In this document: piece by piece, positions 47,255 through 59,200 of the stretch | How positions within the stretch are numbered: position 1 is the stretch's first letter | Layout of the letters: each line of letters opens with the position of its first letter | Assembly: GCF_964188315.1 (NCBI RefSeq) | Contig: NC_135661.1 | Span: forward strand, 45,632,001-45,696,000 | From: Podarcis muralis | Lineage: Eukaryota | Direction of reading: 5' to 3' | Length of the DNA stretch: 64,000 nucleotides | Notes under the pieces: model-generated | Databases searched by the model: none | Told to the model about the DNA's origin: nothing | What the model saw: the letters and a program-made list of their open reading frames with translations, nothing else | Made by a program: the position numbers and the translations under genes

Positions 47255-47720
47255 AAGGCGCCACCAGTGTTTACACGCCACTGGCCAGCAGGGGTCGCTA
47301 CAACGGCAGGAGAGGGGAAGCCGGTGGTAGTGGTGGTGGGCGGAGCCGAGCAGAAGGAGGCGGGAGGGAGCGTGGCGGCGCTCCGCCCTCTCTCCCAAGA
47401 TGGAGCCTTCCCTCCGCCTCCCTCCTCCCGTCATGCCCTGCGGCGGCCGGAAGCGGCAGAGGGGTCAGCGCGCGGGGGCCGTACCGGAGACCCGGGATCT
47501 GCACCGGCCTCGGCGGCGGAGGGCCTGAGGCGGACGTGGATGGCGGAGTCCGCGGCGCAGCCACCGGGGGGCGCCCCGAGCCGGCACGAGAAGAGCCTGG
47601 GGCTGCTCACGACCAAGTTCGTATCTCTGCTGCAGGAGGCCAAGGACGGCGTGCTCGACCTCAAGCTGGTGAGGAGGAGAGAGCGGGGGAAACGGGGTGC
47701 CGGGGGGGGGGTCCTGCTTC
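47255..47720. promoter_or_regulatory. CpG island / E2F4 promoter, between divergent EXOC3L1 and E2F4
   Basis: Locally very GC- and CpG-rich against a CpG-poor background; contains GGGCGG boxes, GGCGGGA (E2F-like) near 47358-47364 and CCGGAAG (ETS-like) near 47447-47453; covers E2F4 exon 1. Confidence 0.75.
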
Positions 47721-50700
47721 CACAACATGGCTGGGGGTGGGCTATGGCTGGCTCCCATCAGGGCAAGAAGCATTCCGGCTGGGCAGACTTAGGGCTTCTT
47801 GGATCTACTTTGTTCCCCCTCCTCCCCCCCAAATCCCCCCCATTCACCAGCCAGAGGCAGCTGAACACACACACACACACGTGTCACTCAGGTAGTAAGA
47901 ACAAGGTGCCAGGATCTGGGATGGGTTCCCAGTACCACAACGGTATTGATATCACATCCCTTTCACGCTAAGATTAGCTTTCTTCATTTCAACAACAGCC
48001 CCATTAGTGTGGGTTTTTTTGGGGGGGCGTTGTGTTGCTGCTATGAAAACAGTTAAGAAACCCTTACCGATAGATCCCAATTGCTTTGTGCCCACCCGAT
48101 GGTATAGACAAGAGAAAGGAGGCAGCGTGGAGTGGCGGTGGCAGGATTTGCCTCTTGGGGCCGGATCGGGCTCACGGAAAGTAAGGATCGGGCCCTATTA
48201 GGTATCTGTTCCGACCACCTCCTTTTATCTGGAGCTTTGGTCTGTTGCTGTGTGTCCACATTTGGGATCTCTTGACTCCGTTCCATCTTCCCATGCAGGG
48301 TTGGATGTGTGTGTGTGTGTGTGTTAGTAAAAATCCCAGTTAATAGATCCTGCCTTGAATTGGGCTTCTCTCTCTCGGTCCTCAGACCAAATGAGCAAAC
48401 TCTAGGGGCAAACTGCTTCCCCACCTGTTTGCTAGCTCTTCCTCTGACCTCCCTCACCTCATATCAAGGAAGCATGACCGTTAAGGTGCAGCATCCGCCA
48501 AATGGGGAGATAATGCTGAGTTGCATGTTGGGTATGAACTGCAGGAGTGCATGGAGGGATCTCTGTGGGTGGGGGTGTTACACTGAGCTGGTTGCATATG
48601 TATAACTTAGTCACAGGTGTGACCAGTTTGTTGCCAGTGCAGAACTCCAGCAGTTGCAGGAGCTTCTGCTTTACCGCAACAGTAGCTTCTGTGTGAAAGG
48701 GACTGCAGGTGTTCGCAACCTTGCCTGAAGTGCTTAACCTTAACTGAAATCTGCTTTTGGTTCCACTGCAATGCAGGCAGATGGGGAAACAGGCAGACGC
48801 CTCTGCAGTTCAAAACGGTTTAGGACCAAACATGGGAAATCTAGAGTAGAAAAAGTGGGCAGGAAGAAGCTTTTAATGCTATGAACCACAAACTGTTTAA
48901 ACAACAACAAAAAGCATTAGTATAGTGTTACTGAATCCAGATGTGGCTTCTTATGTGAACTAGGCCAGTCAGCTGCAGGGCCATCTAAGGGCCTTTGGTT
49001 TGGAAGGGAACAGCAGTGGGAAGGAGCCCTGCTGGAGCCCTGTCTAAGGTGATTGATGATGGCTTTGACAGCATAGGTCTGTGTATCTTTGCACCAAAGC
49101 AAACCCCCCTCTGTTCAGGTGGTGCTTACTCCTACGGAAGTGCAAGGAGGGTTGCAGCTTGAGACTTTTCATCAAGGCAGCTCTTGTATTTTGCTAACTC
49201 CAGAGGAGCAGACATAAGAAGCTGCCTTGTTCCCCCTAGCTCAATATTATCTAAACTTTAAATTACTGGCAAAAGCTTGCCGGGGTTTAAGATCAGAGGG
49301 TTGTATAGAGTTTAGCGCCACTCAGAGTAGATCCATTGAAATTAATGGGCATTATTAATATAGGTCCATTAATTTCAGTGGGTCTACTCTGAGTAGAACT
49401 TGTGTACAATCCAGGGTCTTTCCTATCCCTACTTGGAGATGCTAAGGATTGAACTTGACTTCTTTTTCATGCAGGGTCTGTTAGCAGCAACATATGTCCA
49501 TGGACACTTTAAAGGCTTACTTACTGTGTTAGAAGCTTTTCTGAGTCAGAGTCTATTAGAAGTATGAAATAGTCAGGTAAATGGGTGGATATGCATACCC
49601 TGAGTAAGGAGATAACAATGTTTCAATGAAGTTGAGAAATGGAAGAGATTGTGGTAAGTGTCATAATTTGCACAACACAAGTGAAAACAGGCTCTAGTCA
49701 ACAAAGATCAGGTACAAGAAGCATCCGTGTGACCCACTCTTAGCTAGAAGTTACTTGTGATGAATAGGCATAGCTGAATTGATAGTCTCGGTAAACACTG
49801 AAAGGGACAGTGGCTTTCTCTTCCCAGGTGGTTTATTGATGCCAAGTTCCCTAGTGTCAAGTTTGGCAGTGAAATCTAATTTCGCAACTTCATGCCAGAG
49901 TCATCCGTTCCAACTTCTTGAAGGCTTTAAGGTCTGCAGAATGTATGGGAAGATTTAGCTGGACTTGTAATCCAGATGGTTAAGCAAGATGGATACCCTG
50001 GGGAAGTTCATAAGAAAGGTGTAATGATTATATCTGTCTCTGGCTTATTCCTGGCATGTACCAATCAATGGCTATTAGTCATGATGGATTTGTACTACCT
50101 CCAGTATTGAAGAATTGTATCTCTCTGAATATCAGTTGCTGGGGAACAGAGTGTTATTGCACTCATGGCCTCCCTGCAGGCTTTCCGTGACCTGGCTGGC
50201 TGCTGTGAGAACAGGATGGTGGGCTTTTGGTCTTACCCAGCAGGGTTGTTCTTATGTAGCAGTCATACTGTTCTTGCGAATGACAAAGTTGCACTTATAT
50301 ATCTAACAAACATGAACTGTGCTGCATGTTGCTCAGTGGTAGAGCACATGTTTTGTGTGCAGAAGGTTCAGAGTTCAATCGCTGGCATTTGAAGATTAAA
50401 ATAAAATCTAACGGCAGGTAATGTGAGCTGCCGCCAATGAGAGCAGACAATACCAGATTACATGGACACATAGCATAAGCTGCTCTTACACAACTCCCTT
50501 TGATCCATTTGTGCTCCCAGCATTGTGTGACTGAAAGACATCTGAATATTTTTATATCTGGGTGAAGTTACGAGTCCTCTTAATTTCTCTAGAACCTGCT
50601 TTCTAATAGTAAGCGCTCTAATCTACCTACCTTTTCACCTTTACCTTGAGAAAAGGGCATCTTGGTATCTACAAAATCTTTGTTAACACATCAGGCATTT

Positions 50701-53244
50701 GTTAACACATTGCATTTTATGCAACAATAATATGGGGGATTTTGATTTTTCCCCTCTATTGCATCTTACTGCTGGATATGCTTCCAGGCATTACCTGCTT
50801 ATGCATGCTATACATTTGGTGAAGCTGAGGATCCAGAAAAGTCACAGAATACAACCCAGCTGCCCTGCAGCGATACTGCCTAAACAGGATGTAGAGAGTT
50901 TGGTTCTTACACTGGGTACTGATAATCCACATCACTGTTCATTGATGTTCTGAACAGTGGATATATATAGACCCTTTCATGTAATAAATAGGAAATCATC
51001 TTTTATATGTTACAGATTTTGGGTTTGCAATATTATTATCATGGTGATGATGATATTACATTATTCTGTTCTTCCTGCAGGGAGCCCAAGACAATTTACA
51101 TGTTTCCCTCTCCCGTCTCCCATTCACAATAACTTGGCTAGATAGGATTAGGTTGAGAGAGTGACTGCTCCAAGCAAGGCTTTATGGCTGAGTGCAGATT
51201 TGGATTCCTCACCCAGTTCTCTAGCCACTACACCATGTTGTCTCTCTGTGTGGCAGTGTATCAGAGAAAGCAATGCCACACATATACGCTTCTCTGCCAT
51301 GAAAGGTGGGATTTGTTCCCTCGGATGTGCCATGACATCAGGCAGTCTTTGGGGCCACTTGGAAGGAGCCCCAGGATGGCAGATGCGTTGCAGCTTCTCA
51401 TGCTGAACTTCTGTTTTGTTTATAAACTAACCCCCTGAAATGGAGCATGTGGGAGGCAAAGAGATTTAATTAATGGTTCCTCTCCCAAACCCAAGACAGA
51501 AAAAACTGAGTCCATGCATGTTCCTTTGTATAACTGACAAAGTGGCTGGAGGTTTTCTTTGTTTTGTCAGCTTCCTGCTATTCTCTGAGTGGCTCAGGCC
51601 TTCGTGAACAGGGCATGATAATGTTTTGGGTTTCCTACACAGGCAGCAGATACCTTGGCAGTGCGGCAGAAGCGGCGCATTTATGACATCACAAATGTCC
51701 TTGAGGGCATAGGGCTGATTGAGAAGAAGTCCAAGAACAGCATACAGTGGAAGTAAGTGCCCGTGAATTGGAGCAAGGATTGGTGAAACTAGGCTCTGTT
51801 CTCAGTGATGCGTGGGGGGCAGTTGCATTTGAGGAGTGTGGCACAGTCACAGCTTGCATTTGAGTAGTTGACTGTGTCCTGAGTGCAGCATTTAAGGCAG
51901 TTTTGAATAAGCTTCACCAATGGTCATGCTGTTCTCCTGTTTGCTGAGTGGTCACAAATAGCAGGGAAATAGCTTATGAAATTGAGTTGTAAGGGGAGTT
52001 GCAGGCACCCACAGTATTGGGATTTAGGTGCCTGCTTAAACTCATCTGTTTGCATTTGCTTTTCCTGAGCAATGATCCAGTTATGTTTGATGTATTAAGC
52101 AGATACACTAATTTGGGATGTGTTTTATAATTGTTTTATGAATATAAATTTATTTTATGCTGTTTGCTGCCATGATATTTTCCCCTTGATGTTGGCAGTA
52201 TAGCATTTATAGGTTCAAACTTATAAAAATGTACCTCACCTAAAACCTAATGACATGATATACTATTTGGGAATAAAAACATGACTGAAGTTTGGAGGAA
52301 CTCTCTTTCAAGGGAACTGTGTTGGTGGAAGGAGATCTTTGAATATTTTATTTTTATTATTTATTGCATTTATAGCCCATCTTTTTCTCCAAGGAGCTGA
52401 AGATGGTGCACAAGGTTTCTCCCCATTCTTCATTTAATCCCCACAACAACCCTGTGAGGTTGGTTAGGCTGAGAGGCAGTGACTGGCCCCAGGTCACACA
52501 GTGAGATTCATGTCCCGGAGGCGATTTGAACCCTGGTCTCCCAGATCCTAGTCCTGCACACTAACCACCGCACCATACTGGATAGTGACATAATATCTAA
52601 AGGGCTGTCAATTCATCTCTGGAAGGTTTGGGCTTGGAAACAAAGGGAGGAATAGTTTGTGCTCAGTGCGACTGAACAATCCTGTGGGTTTGGGGAGGTA
52701 TTTTGCGGTTGCGATGGCAATGTCTCTGATAGCTCATGCCCTCTAGGGAAGCTCTGCAAGAGGTGGCCTCTCTCATTTTTCTTGCTTCCAATTCTCCTTC
52801 CCTCCAGAGGAGTAGGTCCTGGCTGCAACACCCGTGAAATTGCCCACAAGCTGATAGAGCTGAAGGCAGAGATTGAGGACCTGGAGCAGCGGGAGCGGGA
52901 GCTGGAGCAGCAAAAGATGTGGGTGCAGCAAAGCATCAAAAATGTGACGGACGATGTACAAAACAGCCGATATCCTTCTGAGTGCACCGTGGTCCTTTTT
53001 CCTCCTTCCCCTTCCCCCTTTCACTTCGAGTTTCCAATGCTCGTTCCAAGATGATCCTTCTAGGATGGCGGAAGGAAAACATTACTTTCCAGGGCTTGAA
53101 GGCAGTGACACCGATCCTGTAGTGCTGGCACAACTCTTTAATTTCAAATCACTTGCCACCCTGTGCAGGATACAGAAATTTCAGTCTTCTTGCTGGGTCA
53201 TGTCCACAACATTGGCCAGCGAGACATCTATGGTGAGATAGTGA

Positions 53245-53291
<47 letters not shown>

Positions 53292-56200
53292 CGCGCGCGC
53301 ATCTATCTGTCCCTGGATGAAATGCTAAGAATACCAAAACAGCACCAACAACTCAACTGCCTTATCCCAGATCTCTTTTTGAGAAAATGGAAATAATTTC
53401 TCTCTCCGCATCATTCATCCCCACTCCCCTGCCATCATCGCGTTGATGTCACTTTTCTTTAATCTGTCATATTCCTTTCTTGGGAGTGGGTTTTGTTTTG
53501 TTCTTTTTGCAGAAATACAGCTGCAAAAGCAACAGAATCTTTTGGCTCCTTGAAACTTATTGTGTCATAAGCTTTCGTGAAGTCCACTTAATGAAGTAGA
53601 CTGTGGTCCTCAAAGGCTCATGTGCCACAGTTCATTTGTTAAGTCTTTAAGCTGCCACAGGACTCTACTAAGGCTCCACCTGCACTACACATTTAAAGCA
53701 GTTTCATACCCCTTCTAACAGTTACGGGTTTCCCAAAAGAATCTTGGAACTGTATTTTGTAAAGGGTGCTGAGAATTATTAAGAGACCTCTTTCCCCCCT
53801 ACAGAGCTATAATTTCCAGAGTGGTTTAGTCCCTCTTCCCTGGGACCTCTGGGAACTGTAGCTGTGTGAAGGGAATATGGGTTTCCTTGCAGTTCTAATC
53901 ACCCTTAACAAACTACAGTTCCCCGGATTCTTCGGGGGAAAGCCATAACTATTCACTGTTGTGTGAAACTACTTTATAATACAGATGGTTGGGTGGAGCT
54001 TAAAAAGTGTTAAGTAAACGTATCGGATCCAAAATGTCCTCCTCTGCTGCTGCTTTTGTAGAGATGCACCCAGTAGGTGGGGCACATAGGACACATTCTG
54101 ACCAGCGTTTTCTGCAGCACCGACTGATCACTAGATCTGTTGTTCACTTGTTTCTTCCAATTCCCCTAAACATCTTGAAGTGTTCCTTTGTCCAATGATC
54201 TCATTGTTTCTGGATGCATCTGGTTTTTCCCCTTAACTTCAGGAACGTTAGCCTATGTGACTGATGAGGACCTCTGCAAATGCTTTCCAGGTGAGGATGT
54301 GGTGGTGTATCATAGCTAGATTCCCCTCCTGTACGGCGTACCTTTTCCTTGGCATGGTGCCCTCCAAGTGTTATTAGGCTACAACTCCGATCATCTATGA
54401 TCATTGACTATGCCGGTGGGTGGGGGAGCTCAGCAACGTTGGGGACCCCACTCCTTGCTCTAGGAACAAATGAACTGAGCTGGGCAAGAGTTCCAGAGTT
54501 TAGAGCCTGTTTTTCTTAGAAATCAGGCAAACCCTCCAATTCTTCACAGCTCTCAGAAAGTGCAGTAGCCCTTGTCTTGCTATCCAGGCTGGATTCCCTT
54601 CATGTATACTCTGTTTTGCCATCACCTTGCTTTAGTCACTTAGGTCTACTAGCATTAGCCAGATAAATATTGTGAATGAAATGGCCTTTTGCTGTGAAAA
54701 AATACAAGCAGCCTTAAAAAAAACAAACCACAAAAATATTCGCACTGCCCTTCTGTATCTGAGAACTGTACACAAGTCTGGGAGATGTCCTTTTTTCCTG
54801 CCAATGTTACTGGCCGCGTTAAAAGTTTGCAGACCAGGTAAAGCATGGATGGGGAAGTGTTGTCCCTGCTGATGTGGCTGAACTATGACTTCCATCAACC
54901 CTGGCCATTGGCCAACCTTGTGAGGCTGATGGGAGTTGGCATCTAGCAACATCTGGAGGGCCACAGGTCTCCCATCTCTTCGGGAAAGAGATGAAAAAGA
55001 AGGAAGGAGAAAAAAAGAGTATGCGTCTTGGCTTGCAACGGCCTGCTGCTCCATTCTTCACCTAGATCAGATTAGTAAATGCTGCGTTTGCTCTCTTGTT
55101 CCAGGTGACACACTGCTAGCCATCCGAGCCCCATCGGGTACTCAGTTAGAGGTTCCTGTCCCGGAGGTAGGTGGCACGTGGGTAACAAAGGAATGGTCCC
55201 TGGTTGCAAAGAGGCAACGGTGGAAGCCTTATATGAGGGATCACTAGCCTTTGGCCCTCCTGGTGTTGTTGGGCTCCTGTTGGTGCCACCGCAGCTCATG
55301 TTTTGCTTGCAGGAGGTCCCAGGTTTAATCCCGAGCACTTCCAGTTAAAATGTGGTTGGGCAGGGGAAAACCTGTGGCTGAAACCTCAAGGAGCTGGTGG
55401 CCCTTGGAACAGTCAGCAGCATCTCACATTGCAGGTTGATGCTGGCTGCAAGTTGTGAAGGCGCTTTCATTTCGCATTTTCTTGCACAACAACATTCATC
55501 TGGCACAAAACATTTTACCAGTGGAACAAGTATCCCACTAAGATTGTTGAGATTCCTGCGCTGCAGGGGATTGAACTAGATGACCCCCGGAGTCCCTTCC
55601 ACCTACAGTTCTATGAGTCTAAGTAACTTAATGCTATATTGGATACAGTCCTTTACACACATAGATGCATCACTGCGCTGGCTTGGGTGCCTTACCTTGC
55701 AGCAATCTCTCTCCCATTCTTTAGGGCTTAAATGGTCAGAAGAAATACCAGATCCACCTGAAAAGCACAAGCGGTCCAATTGATGTCCTGCTCGTAAATA
55801 AAGACGCTTGGAGCTCTCCTCCAGTGGTACTACCTGTGCCTCCCCCGGAAGACCTCATTCAGTGTCAGCCAGTCACACTCTCTAAGGCACAGAGACCACC
55901 TGTTGCCCACTTCCAAGAAGCATCTCTTCCCAGTGGTACACACCCTTCTGCGCCCGTTCCCAACAGCACACAGGACCAGGTCTCTGCTGTACAGAAAGCA
56001 GCCAGCGCCACAGGTGAGTCGCAGAGGAGCTTTCCCTTCCTGTAACCTCTCTCGAATATGACACTGAAGTCGAGTCACTTGGCCTTGCTGTCAGCCTCTT
56101 CCAGATGAAAGGAGTGGGCAGACCTGGCCAGAGGCCTGCCTTCTTCAGCAGCCACCTGAGAACTTTGGAACCTGGCCTTGGCAAGGTTAGGAAGCCTCCA

Positions 56201-59200
56201 ACATCACTGTCCCTTTTCAAAACGGCACCCAAACTGGACTGGGGATCCTGTAGCCCTCCAGATATAGTCAGGCTGCAGCTCTCATCTTCCCTAACCATGG
56301 GCCACACTGGTTGGAGCTGATAGGAGCTGGAGTTCAGCAACATTTGGAGGGCCACAGGTTTCCCACAAATGCTGTAAAACCTTCCTATTTCATCAAACCT
56401 TAAAGGAGAATTTAAATTTTCTGAGTCTTTTCCGTCGTATGTATAGCCTCCTTGTGATTTTATAATTGTTTGGCTTTTTGTTTACTTGCTTTAGTGTAAA
56501 TTAGTTTGAACTCTGGAAAGCAGTACAGCCAGTCAGCTGCAAAGTGCTTGGGTCTCAAACTGGAATAATATATTTACAGTGGACTGTACCAGCTTTTCCC
56601 ATCTTGTTTAAAAATTATAGTTGTATATAAATTATCTTACATAATTTTCAGTACATACAATTATTGTAAGCCAATAACACATACATTCCTTTTTTCTAGT
56701 TCTGAAACAGCAGATTCTTTCATATATGTAGTTATTATATTTCTTATCCCAAATTAAGATATGGAAAGCACATAACATCCATTCGTTGTTTTCATCACTA
56801 GTCTTAATGTATTTATTTCTTTAAACACATTATTAAATAGGCCACCATCAAAGTGGTGTACACTGAGAATGAAACACAGAAACACAAGCTCAAAGAACAG
56901 GAAAAATCAATTCAGCAAACTCAAACAATAAAACTATCCATACAGACTCTTAAAAACAACAGTACTATTTTATCAAATATAAAATTGATCTTCCATAAAC
57001 GTCTGGCTTACACCTTGGGGTAAGATTTCCTTTTAAAAAAAACATATTCAGTAGGCGACTAAACATCCTCATGTTAGGTGCCTGGCTCGTAATTGGTTCA
57101 AGAGAACTGGAGCTACAATACTTCTTACACATTCAGAAACCCAATCAAGTATTGACAGCTGTTTTCTCTACTATTCCATTGTTGGGAGAGAGAAAAAATA
57201 AGTCCTTCCACCACACTCCCAAGTTTCCCTTCTACACATCCTTCCTTCCTTAAACTTGATATTGTACCTGTACTAACATACTCCATATATCAGGGATGGG
57301 AAACCTGTGGCTCTCCAAAAGAGAAGTTGTTGGACACAGCCACAGCCAGCATGCCCAATAGTACAACAAAAACACCTGAAAGGCCACAGGTTCCCCATAT
57401 ATGGCTTACATACCAGTTTAACAATCTGCCTGCTGCAAGTGCATCAGAAAAGGGCAAGTTTTTTCTGTGGCAGGTCTGCCTGAGACAAATATTTGCTTTG
57501 CCTTGTGCATTTGCTTCTGTGTATGTGTGTTCTCTCTCGAGGATTAAATTGTGGTCTACCACTCCTCACTCCTGGAATGTGTGTTGAATTGTTAAGGCAG
57601 TGGCTTGGTTTTTTTTTTTTTTGTCTAAAATTCTAACCTCGCACCTAACTTTGATAACTGTTTACAGGTTGACTCTTTGGGAAAGCTGTATCTTCCCAGT
57701 TGTTAGGTTTTAATAAAAAGTATAGCTGTTTTGTTTTTTAAAAAAGTTGCATAATAGGTTGTTACTGTGGTAAGAATTTACTTCTACACCACCTTGCTCT
57801 CAGCCAGGCGAGGGTAAATAAAACATGGAACCAAGGAAATAATTCAAGTCCAGCACCCAGTTAGGAGGTCAGCATTTACTGTAGTAATAAGACAGAGCTC
57901 AACTTAAGTGGTTGTTCTCTAGCTGAACCACTAGTTAAGAAGTCACCTGCCACTAAGAGAATTAGAACAAGGGTTTTATACACACAAGACACAAAAGAGT
58001 CATAAAACATCTAAACGTTCTTAAACCATCAACATCCTTCTACATACATCAGGAAAAGTTACAGGTCATGAGAAGCAAAACACGCATGGCTCCATACTGG
58101 TACCTTGACCCCCACAATCAGCTTGGGGTGCCCCAAGAGTGCCCAGGCCATATGGTCTCAAATGTAGCATTTCTGTCACTGTTCCCCTGGCAAGCAGCCC
58201 TTCATCAGGTTGTTGACATTCCTTCCTTTATCTCACTTTCCTTGGGGAAGCTTCAAGGATAGCTGACATTACACTCTGGTCCTAACTCATGATAGATTTA
58301 GAATAACATCCTGGAGGGCCATTTGTGCCACTTTCAGGGTCAGATAGAAAAGGAATGCAGCATGGGAGTCATAAAATGCAAACACTGAGAATCAAGTCTA
58401 ATACATGCTAGCCAAAGCTTCAATACAATTAATATTGGAATGTTTTAAAAATCTACACCCTGGGCCTCTAATTCTTACATCATTGCGATACCGTTCATGT
58501 TGGCTAAGTTGCATCTGGCCTGTGGTGCATCTGTCTGGAGAATGGTGGATGGCATAACAGAAAGCTTTTGGATCTATGAAAATTCATCCCCTTCATGTGG
58601 GAAAAGGCATGTTGAGGAGAAAAGTTCTAATCAATGACCTATGAAGGCTAGTAACTTTTCTGTGGCGTATTTATAAGGCTTAGGGGATGCCTGCGGGCAT
58701 TTAATGCAACACCGTACTGCCCTGGAGTTTGGTGGATGAGTGTCATGTCCTATTCAGTGTGCAATCCATGAAATGTTGCAAAATTGTCGCCATCTATGTC
58801 TTACACCTTTGCAGATAGTGGCGTCTCAACGGCAGAATCGAGAAGCAGCGGGGAGCTGGACCCACTTGCCCCCTCGACAGCATCAGCCAGCCCACCTGCT
58901 GGGCTGGACACGCAGCCCCTCCAATCCTCCGCCTTGCTGGACAGCAGCTCCATCCTGCCCAGTCCCTCCACTTCCTTTGAGCCAATCAAGCCAGACCCCA
59001 CAGAAAGTGAGAATTCTTTGGTTGCTGCCTTTTGGGTTGGGGGTTCCTGTGTTCCCAAATGGGCATGGCACCGAGTCCTGCTTTTTCCAGAAACTGGAGC
59101 TGCTTTGTAATGGTTGCTATGGTTAAAAGTCTGCCGTGGAGCAATGTTTGTGTGCCTGTGGTTTGTTTTGGGGTTTTTTGAATAGCAAAGCATCTGCTTT

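Noticed and set aside
47096-47971. Several long overlapping ORFs (up to 234 aa) around E2F4 exon 1
   Set aside because: Explained by stop-poor GC-rich CpG island; only 47540-47668 is coding.
53520-53670. Third Penelope-like hairpin with hammerhead traces
   Set aside because: Core boxes too degenerate to call a ribozyme.
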